Below, one piece after another: positions 37,481 through 47,957 of a stretch of DNA of 64,000 bases. A program made the position numbers and the translations under genes. Numbering within the stretch: position 1 is the stretch's first letter; the number at the start of each line of letters is the position of its first letter. The stretch lies in sequence record LT603033.1, one strand, 5' to 3'. The notes under the pieces were generated by a model. That model saw only the letters and a list, made by a program, of their open reading frames with translations. It was not told where the DNA came from and searched no databases.

Positions 37481-40400
37481 TTAAGCTGTACGTTGTGCAA
37501 TAAACATATCTGCTACTGGACTCACACCGTCATAAATGACTTGGTAAATGGTCACACTACCAGCAGTTTTGTTTAGTGTTCCATCAACAACCGCATAAGT
37601 ACCATCAGTAGTAAAGTTTCTATTACCTGTTGCATCTTGTTTCACATAAATGTATACTGAAGATGCTTTACCACCACCGATTAGACCAGTGATTGGTGCT
37701 AGAGTGGTATCTTGATCTAGAGTGATAAAGTATACGTTGCTAGTACCGTCTGGGGTCCAAGTACCAGTTGGTGCGATAACAGAAGAAGTTACTTGATTAG
37801 GAATAACATCATATTTTTTAGTAGTTACTGTTGTTGTAGTTAGGTCAGCATTAGTAGTTGTCAATTGACCAGTTACAGTTACATCTTTATCAAATACTGC
37901 ATTTTCTTTGAAAGAAGATGTTGCATTGACAGTTAATGTATCAGCAGCAGCGTCACCTAAAACAACACTACCATTTGCAGTCATTAAACCAGTAACAGTT
38001 AAAGTACCACCGATTGTTGCTGCTCCAGTAACAGATGCACTAGCAAGTGTTGCTGCACCAGAAGTAGTAATGGTAGTTACTGAAGTTGCTGCTAGGGTTG
38101 CAGTACCTGTTGCAGAAATATCACCACCAACAGTTAGGTTACCAGAAGTAATTCCAACGGTTCCAGTAATGTTAGCACCACTTGACATCGTTACTGCACC
38201 ACCAAATGAACCAGTAGTAGTTACTTCAAGGGTGTTCCCTTTTAGTAGACCAGTTGCAGTAATACTTGTACCTGCGGTAATACTAGTACCAGCAGCAACA
38301 CTGTTGGTTGCAGTTAATGATTTAACAGCTACATCAGAGTTTGCTTGGTTTAGTGTTGCGTTTAGTAGACCAGTTACTGTAAAGTTACCGTTGTTAACTA
38401 CGTTACCATTGATTGTTAAGTTGTTGTTTTGTGAACCAACATCACCAATAGTTGCTGATTTGGAAATCAACTCTGCACCAGAAGTAATGTTACCCGCTGC
38501 ACTAATAGTGTCAGCCGCAACAACTGCATAAGGTTCAATTGTTTGACCACTAACGTCAATATCAGCGTTGATACCACCATCTACACGCAAGGAGCCTGCA
38601 ATGTAAGTATTAGGGAAAATCTGAACTGTCTCTGGTTGATCACCAATTTTAGTACCGATAATAACATCAGAACCAGTTTTAACTGCACCAGAGGTTGTTA
38701 GAGAACCTAAAGTTGTAGCACCAGTTACACCTAATGTTCCACCAATTGTTGCGTTATTGGTAACTGCTAATGCAGCACCTTCACCATTAAGAGCGATTGA
38801 TGGAGCAGATACTGCACCAGTTACGCCTAATGTGCCACCAATTGTTGCGTTGCTATCTGAATGTAGAGTTGTAGCTACAGAAAGACTGTTAGCAACTACA
38901 TCAGTACTAGCTAAATCCAATGCACCTGGGGTTAATGTACCAGTAATGTTAACATTATTACCAAAGGTTGCTGCACCAGTCACATCTAGTGTAGTACTAA
39001 ATGTACCAGAGGTTGCAGAGATTGCACCTGAATCTAGTGATCCAACAGTTGCTTTACCAGTTACACCTAAAGTTCCACCAACAGTTCCATTTGTGGTTAC
39101 ATCCAATGTACCAGTACTTAGTTCTTGTGCGGTTACCTTACCGGATGCAGTAACAGTTGAAGTGGAAACGCCACCAGTTAGAGTACTAGCACCAGTAACA
39201 CTTAATGTGGTTGCAGCAGTTACGCTATTTACGCTAAGATCAGCACCGGATAAGTCCAAACCACCTTCAGGAACAAATACACCCTTAACAGTTAGTTTTT
39301 GTACTGTACTATCACCTGTTACATCCAAGGTAGAAGCAGTTAAACCACCATTCATACTTGCTGCACCAGTAACACCTAGTGTAGTGGTTACAGTAGCACT
39401 ATTAAGTGTTGAACTACCAGAAATATTAGCACTAGGAGCAGTAATAGTTCCAGAATCAACTTGTATACCACCAGCAACAACCTGAATTCCACCAGCATTA
39501 ACTGTTAGTTTACCAGCAGTATTCAATGTATTTGAAACTGTTGTTGCACCAGTTAAAGTTGTAGTACCAGTTACACCTAAGTTACCAGAAATAGATGGAC
39601 TACCTGTAATATTACCAGTAGTTAGTATCAAATCAGTACCTACGGTAGTGGAGCCAGTACTTTCTAGTGTCACACCAACGATGTTTGCAGAACTTAGGTT
39701 AATAGTACCATCAACAGTTAAGTTACCTTGAACGGTTGCATCACCTAGAGAAGTTAATGTCTTCACAGACACATCAGTTGTGCTAAGATCAATAACACCC
39801 GCAGTTAGTGTTCCAGATACTGCTAAATTACCAGTAATCGCGGTATTTTTAGTAATGGATACATTTTCTGCCGCTGAAGTAATAGAACCAACAGTAAGTA
39901 CACCACCAACAGTTGCGTTATTAGTTACATTTAGAGCAGTTCCAACACCAGATAGTGTTGCTGACCCACCAGTAATTGCACCTGAGATTGAAGCTGTTGC
40001 TGCTGAAACATCACCAGAAACTACTGCATTTGTTGCATTTAGAGCAGACACTGTAACTTCAGTACTTTGAACTTTAGGTAGAACGTTGATACCTTCTGCA
40101 CTACTAACTGTAATAATACCAGTACTTGTTAGAGATTTAACAGATACATCAGCACCACTTAAATCAACTGTACCAGAAACAACAAGATCTCCACCAATAT
40201 TTGCTCCAGCGGTAGTAGTAATGGATTTTGCACTTACATCAGTTGTGCTCAAATCAATTGCACCTGGTGTTACTGTACCAGAAACTGTTAGGTCACCAGT
40301 AATAGATGTATTATTGGAAATAGATACACCATCAACGTTACTAATTGTTGGGGTTTCTACAGAAACTGCTTTAACTTTACCTGAAGAAGTTACGTCAGCT

Positions 40401-43006
40401 ACGGTAGATGCACCAGTAACATTCAAATTAGTAATATTTGCAGTTGTTGAACCAAGGGTTGCAATAGTTGCATCAGTACTTTGAAGTTTAGGTAGAACAC
40501 TACTAATTGTGGATTCATTACTAACAATTGCACCAGTACTAGTTAAAGATTTGACAGTAACATCAGCCGTAGTAAGATCTACTGTACCATTAACAGTTAG
40601 GTTACCACCAATAGTTGCACCAGCAGTAGTAGTAATGGATTTAGCATTAACATCAGTTGTTGCTAGATCGATAGAGCCTGGAATAACTGCACCAGTAACA
40701 GTTAGGTCACCAGTTACATTTGTATTATTGGAAATAGTGACACCACTTGCATTTGAAATGGTTGGGGTAACCAACGATGCAGTTGTAGTTTCACCAGTTA
40801 CAGTTAAAGTTGACCCAACTAGAACAGATGAGCTTGAGTAAATTGTACCCAAATTAGCAGATCCGGTAACAGTTATATCATCAGCATTAACAGTAGTTGC
40901 CGTTATGGTAGTACTATTAAGTACTGGAAGTACGTTAGCATTAACAAGATCATTACTTTTAACAATACCAGAAGTAGTTAATGATTTAACATTAAGGTCG
41001 GCTGCTGATAAATCAAAAGAGCCTTGAACTACTAAATCACCACCAATAGTTGCACCAGCAGTAGTAGTGATTGATTTAGCATTAATATCGGTAGTGCTCA
41101 AGTCTAGAGAACCAACAGTTAAGCTACCAGTAATATCAACATTTTCTGTAAAGTTAGTATTACCACTAATAGTTGGTGCAGTCAGAGTTGTTGCACTAAT
41201 ATTAGTACCGTTTATTGTTTGTCCACTTACAGTCCCACTCGCAGTGATAGTAGGAGCCGTTACTTCAGTAGATGCACTAATTGTTGGTGCAGATACAGAA
41301 GTTGTACCAGTAATAGAACCAGAACTTACTGAACCAGCGGATAATGCACCAGAAAGAGTTGCAGTTGTACCAGCAATATCACCAGTAACAGTTAGTTTAG
41401 CACCCACGGTAGTGTTACCAGTACTTTCAAGTGTTGCACCTTTAATATTTGCTGCCGCGACAACAGAATTAGGTGTTAGATCCTGCCCACTAACATCAAC
41501 AGTTAGTCCAGTTACTGTTCCAGTAAATTCAACATCATTAAGAATTGCTTTACCACCAACTTGTAGGAATGGTGTACCTGGAGCTTGTGTTTCGTTACCA
41601 GTAATAGTTAGGTAATCTAGTTTGTTTAGACCGTTACCAGTAATACCATAAGTGGAAAGAGAAGCGTTACCGAAAGTTGCTGTTTTAAGAACGTTCAATG
41701 TAGAAGGAGAAACGACTTCTGATTGAACTTCGTTAGGTAGAATAACTGTTGGGCGTTGACCTGGTGCAGTATATCCAAAACCTAGTTTCACTGCCGCATC
41801 TTGACTATTTTGACCTAAGCTGATAGCTTTAAAGGATGCAGTACTGTTATAACCAGTAATATTAGAACCAAGAGTAACACCACCAACTAATGAAGTTACA
41901 CCAGTAACGTTCAAAGATACTGCATTAATATCGTCTAGTTGGAACGTTCCACCAAGAAGACCAGAAACATTAATGTTATTAAAATTAGCAGTACCAGTAC
42001 TTTCGATATTTGGAATAGTTGCAGTTCCGGTTACTTCAAAGTCAGCAACTTTAGTTTTGCCTTTTTGAACTTCTAATAGTGGTGTGTCTGGTGATTGTGT
42101 ATTGTTACCAGAAACTGTTAGATAATCTAATTTGTTTAGACCATTACCAGTAATACCATAAGAAGATAATGACGCATTACCAAAAGAAGCAGAGGTCAAT
42201 ACTGTCAAGTTTGCAGGTGACATTAGCTCGGACTGAATTTCGTTTTGTAGAATAACAGTTGGGCGTTTACCAGGAGCAGTGTAAGGGAAGCTTAATCTGA
42301 AGGTTTGTGATTCAGAGTTAGAACCAATACGAATGTCTTTAAAAGTAGCAGTACTGTTAATACCAGTTACGTTAGCACCGAAAGTTACTGCACCTTGTTG
42401 GTTAGATGCACCAGTAACGTTCAATGTTACTGCATTTAAGTCAGATAGATTAAACTCACCACCAAGTGTACCACTAATTGTCACATCGTTAAATGTAGCA
42501 GTACCAGTACTACTAATATCTGTTGTACTTACATTAGTAATTTCTGCGGTATTAGCAGTAATTTTATCAAATGCAGCAGTAGTACCAACATCAGCAGTAA
42601 TATTACCTTTAAATGCTGTTGTTTCAGCAACTTCTAAGTTTTTAACTTTAGTTGCTTGTAGAGTGGTTGTACCAGCAGTTTGTGTAAAATCAGAACCAAC
42701 TGATACAGTACCGTTAAAGGTAGCGTTTGAATTAATTGTTGCTGTATCAGACCCGACAACTGCACTACCGATTGTAGTATTACCATCAACACCAAGACCA
42801 CCAGAAAGTGTTGCTTTGCCACCAACATCTAAAGTAGATGTAATGTTGGCAGTTGATGATTCAATGGCAGTAAAAGTTGCATTTGCAAAAGTTACAGTAC
42901 CATTTACAGTTAGGTTATTATTGAAAACAGCATTTCCTTTGACTAAAAGATCCTTACCAACCGTACCAGCACCAGTAATATCTAAGTCAGTTTTTATTGA
43001 GTACAT
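37481..43006 (-). CDS. Very long (1841 aa) repetitive beta-strand fibre protein
   Basis: T/G/V/S-rich hh-G-x-h-x-V-x-G repeats, a 170-aa duplication and ~140-aa higher-order repeats; small C-terminal globular domain. Confidence 0.8.
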   Translation of the reverse strand: MYSIKTDLDITGAGTVGKDLLVKGNAVFNNNLTVNGTVTFANATFTAIESSTANITSTLDVGGKATLSGGLGVDGNTTIGSAVVGSDTATINSNATFNGTVSVGSDFTQTAGTTTLQATKVKNLEVAETTAFKGNITADVGTTAAFDKITANTAEITNVSTTDISSTGTATFNDVTISGTLGGEFNLSDLNAVTLNVTGASNQQGAVTFGANVTGINSTATFKDIRIGSNSESQTFRLSFPYTAPGKRPTVILQNEIQSELMSPANLTVLTSASFGNASLSSYGITGNGLNKLDYLTVSGNNTQSPDTPLLEVQKGKTKVADFEVTGTATIPNIESTGTANFNNINVSGLLGGTFQLDDINAVSLNVTGVTSLVGGVTLGSNITGYNSTASFKAISLGQNSQDAAVKLGFGYTAPGQRPTVILPNEVQSEVVSPSTLNVLKTATFGNASLSTYGITGNGLNKLDYLTITGNETQAPGTPFLQVGGKAILNDVEFTGTVTGLTVDVSGQDLTPNSVVAAANIKGATLESTGNTTVGAKLTVTGDIAGTTATLSGALSAGSVSSGSITGTTSVSAPTISASTEVTAPTITASGTVSGQTINGTNISATTLTAPTISGNTNFTENVDITGSLTVGSLDLSTTDINAKSITTTAGATIGGDLVVQGSFDLSAADLNVKSLTTSGIVKSNDLVNANVLPVLNSTTITATTVNADDITVTGSANLGTIYSSSSVLVGSTLTVTGETTTASLVTPTISNASGVTISNNTNVTGDLTVTGAVIPGSIDLATTDVNAKSITTTAGATIGGNLTVNGTVDLTTADVTVKSLTSTGAIVSNESTISSVLPKLQSTDATIATLGSTTANITNLNVTGASTVADVTSSGKVKAVSVETPTISNVDGVSISNNTSITGDLTVSGTVTPGAIDLSTTDVSAKSITTTAGANIGGDLVVSGTVDLSGADVSVKSLTSTGIITVSSAEGINVLPKVQSTEVTVSALNATNAVVSGDVSAATASISGAITGGSATLSGVGTALNVTNNATVGGVLTVGSITSAAENVSITKNTAITGNLAVSGTLTAGVIDLSTTDVSVKTLTSLGDATVQGNLTVDGTINLSSANIVGVTLESTGSTTVGTDLILTTGNITGSPSISGNLGVTGTTTLTGATTVSNTLNTAGKLTVNAGGIQVVAGGIQVDSGTITAPSANISGSSTLNSATVTTTLGVTGAASMNGGLTASTLDVTGDSTVQKLTVKGVFVPEGGLDLSGADLSVNSVTAATTLSVTGASTLTGGVSTSTVTASGKVTAQELSTGTLDVTTNGTVGGTLGVTGKATVGSLDSGAISATSGTFSTTLDVTGAATFGNNVNITGTLTPGALDLASTDVVANSLSVATTLHSDSNATIGGTLGVTGAVSAPSIALNGEGAALAVTNNATIGGTLGVTGATTLGSLTTSGAVKTGSDVIIGTKIGDQPETVQIFPNTYIAGSLRVDGGINADIDVSGQTIEPYAVVAADTISAAGNITSGAELISKSATIGDVGSQNNNLTINGNVVNNGNFTVTGLLNATLNQANSDVAVKSLTATNSVAAGTSITAGTSITATGLLKGNTLEVTTTGSFGGAVTMSSGANITGTVGITSGNLTVGGDISATGTATLAATSVTTITTSGAATLASASVTGAATIGGTLTVTGLMTANGSVVLGDAAADTLTVNATSSFKENAVFDKDVTVTGQLTTTNADLTTTTVTTKKYDVIPNQVTSSVIAPTGTWTPDGTSNVYFITLDQDTTLAPITGLIGGGKASSVYIYVKQDATGNRNFTTDGTYAVVDGTLNKTAGSVTIYQVIYDGVSPVADMFIAQRTA

Positions 43007-43104
43007 TTATACCCTCCATTATAACCTTGTTAATATGTATATATTTAGTTTTATTATGCTGTTATCCAACAATTAATACATTATTTGACAAAAGCAAATA
43101 TAAT

Positions 43105-43137
43105 AAAAAACCAGACTTATTTAGAACAAGCCTGGTT
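43105..43137 (-). terminator. Rho-independent terminator on the minus strand
   Basis: Minus strand AACCAGGCTT / AAGTCTGGTT followed by TTTT. Confidence 0.7.
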
Positions 43138-43143
43138 AATTTG

Positions 43144-44040
43144 TTACTTACCGGAGATGACAATCTTACCACTGAAAGAAATATCAGAAGTGAAGATTAC
43201 ATCACCAGTACTACTAATTTGTGTATCAGTCACTACCAACTCGAATGGAGATGACGCAACACTTCCAGGTGTTTTATTTGCATAAATTGAAATATACAAA
43301 TTATCTGGGGTTTGATTGTGTTCGGATGCTGGAATAGTGATTGTGAAATCACCAGCACTAGAAACCCAATCGGCTTGGTTTACTAATTTACTATAAGGTA
43401 CTGTCATTGTTGTTGCTCCTATAATGTTTACTTTAACACTTGCATAATCTGTGATTTGACCAATCACATCAATTGTTATATCCCCAATACCACTAACTGT
43501 TACTGTGGTTTGGAATACTGATTCCAATGCAACATTACCTGGGTCACCTTGTAGTTGAATCATAATATCAGAACCTCTACCATGAACTGATTCTGGTAGT
43601 GTGTAAGTATAATGATCAGTAGTATCTGGTACTAATGTAAATGCAGAAACAGGAACTATTTCAGTAGTTACATATGAGCTATCAGTTCCAGGTGAGATAC
43701 CTTTAAATGGTTTCCAAATACCAAGATCTTTAATATAAATTTGAAGAACATTAGTACTATCAACCAAAAAGTAAACGTCACCATCTAGACCAATAGAATC
43801 GGATGGTGCTGTTGTTCCACGTAAGATACCAGAACTACCACCACCACTGTGTGCGTTTAAATATCCCAATGTAACCAAGTGTGTGTTTGCAGTTGGTTCA
43901 CCTGCTGAAATTGGAAGAAGTTGTGTTCCTGAGTAGTTTTGAATTTGCACAACACTACCATTTGTGGTAATCTGTGCACCATTCTTCCCAAGAATGAAGG
44001 ACTTCTTCATGGTTCCTTCTAAATTAGAAAAAACTGCCAT
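43144..44040 (-). CDS. Virion structural protein sharing its N-terminal anchor with the tailspike
   Basis: MAVFSNLEGTMKKSFILGK versus MAVFSNFEGTMQPKFILGK. Confidence 0.7.
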   Translation of the reverse strand: MAVFSNLEGTMKKSFILGKNGAQITTNGSVVQIQNYSGTQLLPISAGEPTANTHLVTLGYLNAHSGGGSSGILRGTTAPSDSIGLDGDVYFLVDSTNVLQIYIKDLGIWKPFKGISPGTDSSYVTTEIVPVSAFTLVPDTTDHYTYTLPESVHGRGSDIMIQLQGDPGNVALESVFQTTVTVSGIGDITIDVIGQITDYASVKVNIIGATTMTVPYSKLVNQADWVSSAGDFTITIPASEHNQTPDNLYISIYANKTPGSVASSPFELVVTDTQISSTGDVIFTSDISFSGKIVISGK

Positions 44041-44056
44041 TTTAATATAATCTCCT

Positions 44057-46198
44057 TTATGGTAGGGTTATGTAAGTTACGGGTTGGGCGGCTTTTAATG
44101 CTGCACCAGCGGCAGTTGCTGTTATGATAGGATCTGCAATATCAATTCTATATACGTTGTTTACAACATACACTGCACGAGTTATATACGTTCTCAAATC
44201 ACCACCATTTTCACCAGCACCAGATATAATAATCTCAGTACCAGCAGCTTTTGCATATTGGTTTTCACCCCATGACACACCCAATGCTTCTATGTATGTT
44301 TGTCCTGCTACCGTTTGTCTAATTGTGTCATATTTTCCGAAAAAAGAACCACCAACAGTTACAATATATTTTCCACCCGATTGTTTATGAATAATCGTGC
44401 CTTCAGAGAAATAGCGTCCCCCTGGAAAAGTATCATATGGAATATAATATTGTTCAACTACAGGTATCAGTACTGGGCCACGGTGACCTGTACCATCGAT
44501 TGCAGTTGTAACTTTAAAGTTATTAGATGATTGGTCTATTCTGTCTACATACATTTTAGAAAAACTATATTTTGAAACATTACAATCATCTTGAACAACA
44601 CAGTTAGTCCAATTAGTATAAGTATATTTAGAGCGAGTATATATACCACCACCTTCGCCTTCTGTAGAGAGGTGTTGACCAATTACATCTAATTCTTTAG
44701 TTCTAATATCACTAAATTTAGATGATGATGGCAAACCACGCCAAAGAATTTTAGAACAGGTGATATTGCTCAATTCTGTATTATTTAACCAATTATCAGA
44801 ACCGGAAGTATAAACAAGTATAGAAGACTCTGGAATATAGAGATTAGAAATTTTAAAGTTTCTAGGTGGTCCAGCAAAACGACCAGAAGTTACACCCCAG
44901 TTTATTGAAACCATTCTATTTGTGATAGAAGGATCATTAAGCAAATGACCAGTCAACCCATCAATAATGAATTCTTTAGAACCATAAGTTATAACACCAG
45001 CAGTGGTTAATCCAGTACCGACAGAAACTAAAGATGATGGATAAACTTCATTATTAAGTATTTTAAAGTCCATGCCTAATTCAACGTGGATACATTGTCT
45101 CACATTATATAGTCTGTTATTTTTAATAACAAAGTTTCTTACATATTGTGTGTCTGGTGCATCTAAACCATAAGGTCCAGAACCAGCAACTCCAATACCA
45201 ATACCCCAGTTTGAAAGTGGGATTGGAGCGTTAGAACCATCAACGTTTTCAATTATGTTCCCTTCAATAACAAAACCATCAGGATAGTGTGAGTTAATTA
45301 CGTTTAGTTCAATTGCATCACCATATATATCATGTATGTGGTTATATGAATATCTACCAACCTTCATTTTCTCACCAGTACCTTGTTGAAGAACGCCATA
45401 CTTACATTGGGTCATTTCATTAAAGCAAAAATCTATTGTACCTGGTTGTGTCATACCTTGCATTAAAAATGCAGCAGTACTTGTGATGTTTATAAATTTA
45501 TTAAAATAAAACTTACCATCGCCGCCGAAGAATTTTAAATAACATCCAGTAAGTGTTGCAAATTGTATTTGGGAATTAATAACGGATACCATAGTACCAC
45601 CGTTACCAGTAATAGTTCCCCCAAACCAAGTTACATCTTCCAGGTATATTGCAGTTTTGATACGGTAATTACCACCAGCCTGAATTTGGATTTTATTTTC
45701 TTTAGCATAAGCAGCACATAAATTTACAGCAGCAGTGTCATCAGTTTCGCCATCACCTTTAGCACCAAATTCTTCTGGTGTTATATAAAACTGGGCCTGT
45801 TGAACTGTACCTCCAGTAATAAGTCCGATGAAATCGCCACCATTTTTACTGGATAGAACTTTTTTATTAATGTATAATGATTTTACCCATGTACCATTAC
45901 TTTTTGCAAAAATATCAACAATACCATCTTCATCAATTTGAAAATACGTATTATTGTTCTTTCCTACATCATCGGTAGGGGGTACAACACCAAATAATGC
46001 ATTAGGGTTATCTTCAAGATATTTTACGTTAACTGCTGAATTAGGGTCAGATGAAGTTCCTACCTTCAGTGGTAGGAACTGTTCTCCTAGATAATCTTTT
46101 ATAGAAACTGAATCATTGATAAAATTTATTGAAGCACCTTTTTTCCCCAATATGAATTTGGGCTGCATAGTTCCTTCAAAATTAGAAAATACTGCCAT
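44057..46198 (-). CDS. Tailspike with WcaM-like beta-helix (probable colanic-acid depolymerase)
   Basis: EEFGAKGDGETDDTAA beta-helix entry. GDAIELNV, NWGIGIGVAG and VRQCIHVE parallel E. coli WcaM (GDAIEWNV, NWGIGIGLAG, CRQLVHVE). Confidence 0.8.
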   Translation of the reverse strand: MAVFSNFEGTMQPKFILGKKGASINFINDSVSIKDYLGEQFLPLKVGTSSDPNSAVNVKYLEDNPNALFGVVPPTDDVGKNNNTYFQIDEDGIVDIFAKSNGTWVKSLYINKKVLSSKNGGDFIGLITGGTVQQAQFYITPEEFGAKGDGETDDTAAVNLCAAYAKENKIQIQAGGNYRIKTAIYLEDVTWFGGTITGNGGTMVSVINSQIQFATLTGCYLKFFGGDGKFYFNKFINITSTAAFLMQGMTQPGTIDFCFNEMTQCKYGVLQQGTGEKMKVGRYSYNHIHDIYGDAIELNVINSHYPDGFVIEGNIIENVDGSNAPIPLSNWGIGIGVAGSGPYGLDAPDTQYVRNFVIKNNRLYNVRQCIHVELGMDFKILNNEVYPSSLVSVGTGLTTAGVITYGSKEFIIDGLTGHLLNDPSITNRMVSINWGVTSGRFAGPPRNFKISNLYIPESSILVYTSGSDNWLNNTELSNITCSKILWRGLPSSSKFSDIRTKELDVIGQHLSTEGEGGGIYTRSKYTYTNWTNCVVQDDCNVSKYSFSKMYVDRIDQSSNNFKVTTAIDGTGHRGPVLIPVVEQYYIPYDTFPGGRYFSEGTIIHKQSGGKYIVTVGGSFFGKYDTIRQTVAGQTYIEALGVSWGENQYAKAAGTEIIISGAGENGGDLRTYITRAVYVVNNVYRIDIADPIITATAAGAALKAAQPVTYITLP

Positions 46199-46212
46199 TA
46201 TGACATCCTCCC

Positions 46213-47340
46213 TTAAATATTATCTTGAATCGGTTGGATAGGAGCTTGCCATGAAAGAGTACAAATAATTTCCATTTTTCCATAAGGACTGTTGTTAACA
46301 GAATCGTTGAATACACATGAAATAATTTCATCAACATCGGATGCTGCATGATTAGTTTCATTAACAATAAAACGCATCTGACGATTGATATCAAAGTAGG
46401 AAGTTGGTGCAATTACAGTCCCACCAATATCTTCTTGTGCTTCACCACCAAAACGTACAAACATATCAGTTACAGGAAGAGAATAAGGTTGTATAACGTT
46501 TACATCAATATTAGAAACTACATAGCCAGCAGGACACGTACCAATAACTAATAGTGCGTTAGTCCATGAGCTATCTATTGTATTTCTAATAGAAATTGTA
46601 TCTTTACCTGGTGCACCTGGTTCGCCTTGTATACCTTGAATACCTTGCTGACCTTCTTTACCACGGAATAGAATACCCTCACTCCACTCTTTTGAAGGAG
46701 GGGTAGTTGTAGTTACTTCATCAACATAATATAGTTTTCCATCAGTGTTGTTATAAAAACAATAATCAACTGGAAGATTTTCAATACTTGGAAATTGATC
46801 ACCACTGCTATCAATATGGAAACGACCACGCGGACCTTGTTCACCACGGAAAGGTATACCATCACTCCAAGTAGCAGTTACACTTTGATAGAAATAAAGT
46901 TTACCATCTTGAGTATTATAAAATGTATAGTTATCAAAAAGACCAGTTGTTGGGAAAGTAGTTCCAGCACTATCAATGTGGAACGGCTTACCCGCTTCAC
47001 CCGTATCACCTTTACCAAACTCAACACTAATCCATGTACTTGTCGGATCTTGTGCATCATTTGATTTAAAGTATAGAGTACTGGTATTGTTAGCCAAGCT
47101 TAAGTAGCACCACCCAAGTGGTTCACCAACTTTAAATTGTTCGGAAGGAATTTCAAAACCAATCTCATTAGGATAAAAGTTTTTACCATTCTCGCCATTC
47201 TGTCCTACAACAAGACCTAAATCTTGAATTGTGTTATCTGCATAGGTTACAATTAAATGCCCAGCACCATTAATAACTAGACTTTTGATGCCGGAGTTAT
47301 TACATGAACCACTGGACCCATTGTTAAATGAAATTGTCAT
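46213..47340 (-). CDS. Collagen-like fibre protein
   Basis: Short Gly-X-Y tracts (GDTGEAG, GEQGPRG, GKEGQQGIQGIQGEPGAPG) alternate with repeated ~45-aa domains; RBS AAGGG before ATG 47340. Confidence 0.75.
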   Translation of the reverse strand: MTISFNNGSSGSCNNSGIKSLVINGAGHLIVTYADNTIQDLGLVVGQNGENGKNFYPNEIGFEIPSEQFKVGEPLGWCYLSLANNTSTLYFKSNDAQDPTSTWISVEFGKGDTGEAGKPFHIDSAGTTFPTTGLFDNYTFYNTQDGKLYFYQSVTATWSDGIPFRGEQGPRGRFHIDSSGDQFPSIENLPVDYCFYNNTDGKLYYVDEVTTTTPPSKEWSEGILFRGKEGQQGIQGIQGEPGAPGKDTISIRNTIDSSWTNALLVIGTCPAGYVVSNIDVNVIQPYSLPVTDMFVRFGGEAQEDIGGTVIAPTSYFDINRQMRFIVNETNHAASDVDEIISCVFNDSVNNSPYGKMEIICTLSWQAPIQPIQDNI

Positions 47341-47450
47341 AATATTTCCCTTGTATGAGTTAATGTCATATACCAATATTTATCAGTACAAAATACATTT
47401 CGTTATCATTAATAAATAAATGAAAGTTCACTACTAAAAGGGCTTAAACA

Positions 47451-47948
47451 ATGGCATTAAGATCAAAAGACTTTCTCTTCAGAAGAAAAACAAAAGATGG
47501 TTCATGGCAAGATTTTCCTGAATCTGATAGCTGGTATCCAGCTAACTTGGATTATCACTGGAATGAACAAACGTTACCACTCGCAAGTGGTGGCTACTAT
47601 GGATGTACTACAGGTTTACATACTATTTCATTTACACTACGTAATTTTATTGGTAGAATTTATGTATTAGCTACATTAGCTAGTAATCCTACTGATGATG
47701 ATTGGTTTCCAATTAAATTCACTGAAAGTTGTAATTATTATCTTGAATTTACTGATATGGTTATTTTAAATCCAAATGGTGGGGATTTAATTAGACAACA
47801 AGGAACTACCGGAACATTTGCTGAAACAGTAACTGGTAATTTTACTTACCTTAAAGTTGGTATAGACCGTGATTATATTAGTAAGTATCCATCAGATGTC
47901 CAAAAAAGTTTAGCTGGGAAGTTAGAACAAATTTTAATTAACTACTAA
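47451..47948 (+). CDS. Probable virion structural protein
   Basis: Beta-rich; late-like ATAAATA at 47412. Confidence 0.6.
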   Translation: MALRSKDFLFRRKTKDGSWQDFPESDSWYPANLDYHWNEQTLPLASGGYYGCTTGLHTISFTLRNFIGRIYVLATLASNPTDDDWFPIKFTESCNYYLEFTDMVILNPNGGDLIRQQGTTGTFAETVTGNFTYLKVGIDRDYISKYPSDVQKSLAGKLEQILINY

Positions 47949-47957
47949 GGATTAGAA

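Noticed and set aside
37908-43076. Long plus-strand ORFs (207, 242, 96, 132, 110, 182, 247 aa) antisense to the 1841-aa fibre
   Set aside because: Shadow frames produced by the T/G/V/A codon bias of the fibre gene; no RBS, and composition mirrors the antisense strand.
43085-43104. Plus-strand TTGACA...TATAAT promoter
   Set aside because: The spacer is only 8 nt and it overlaps a minus-strand terminator region.
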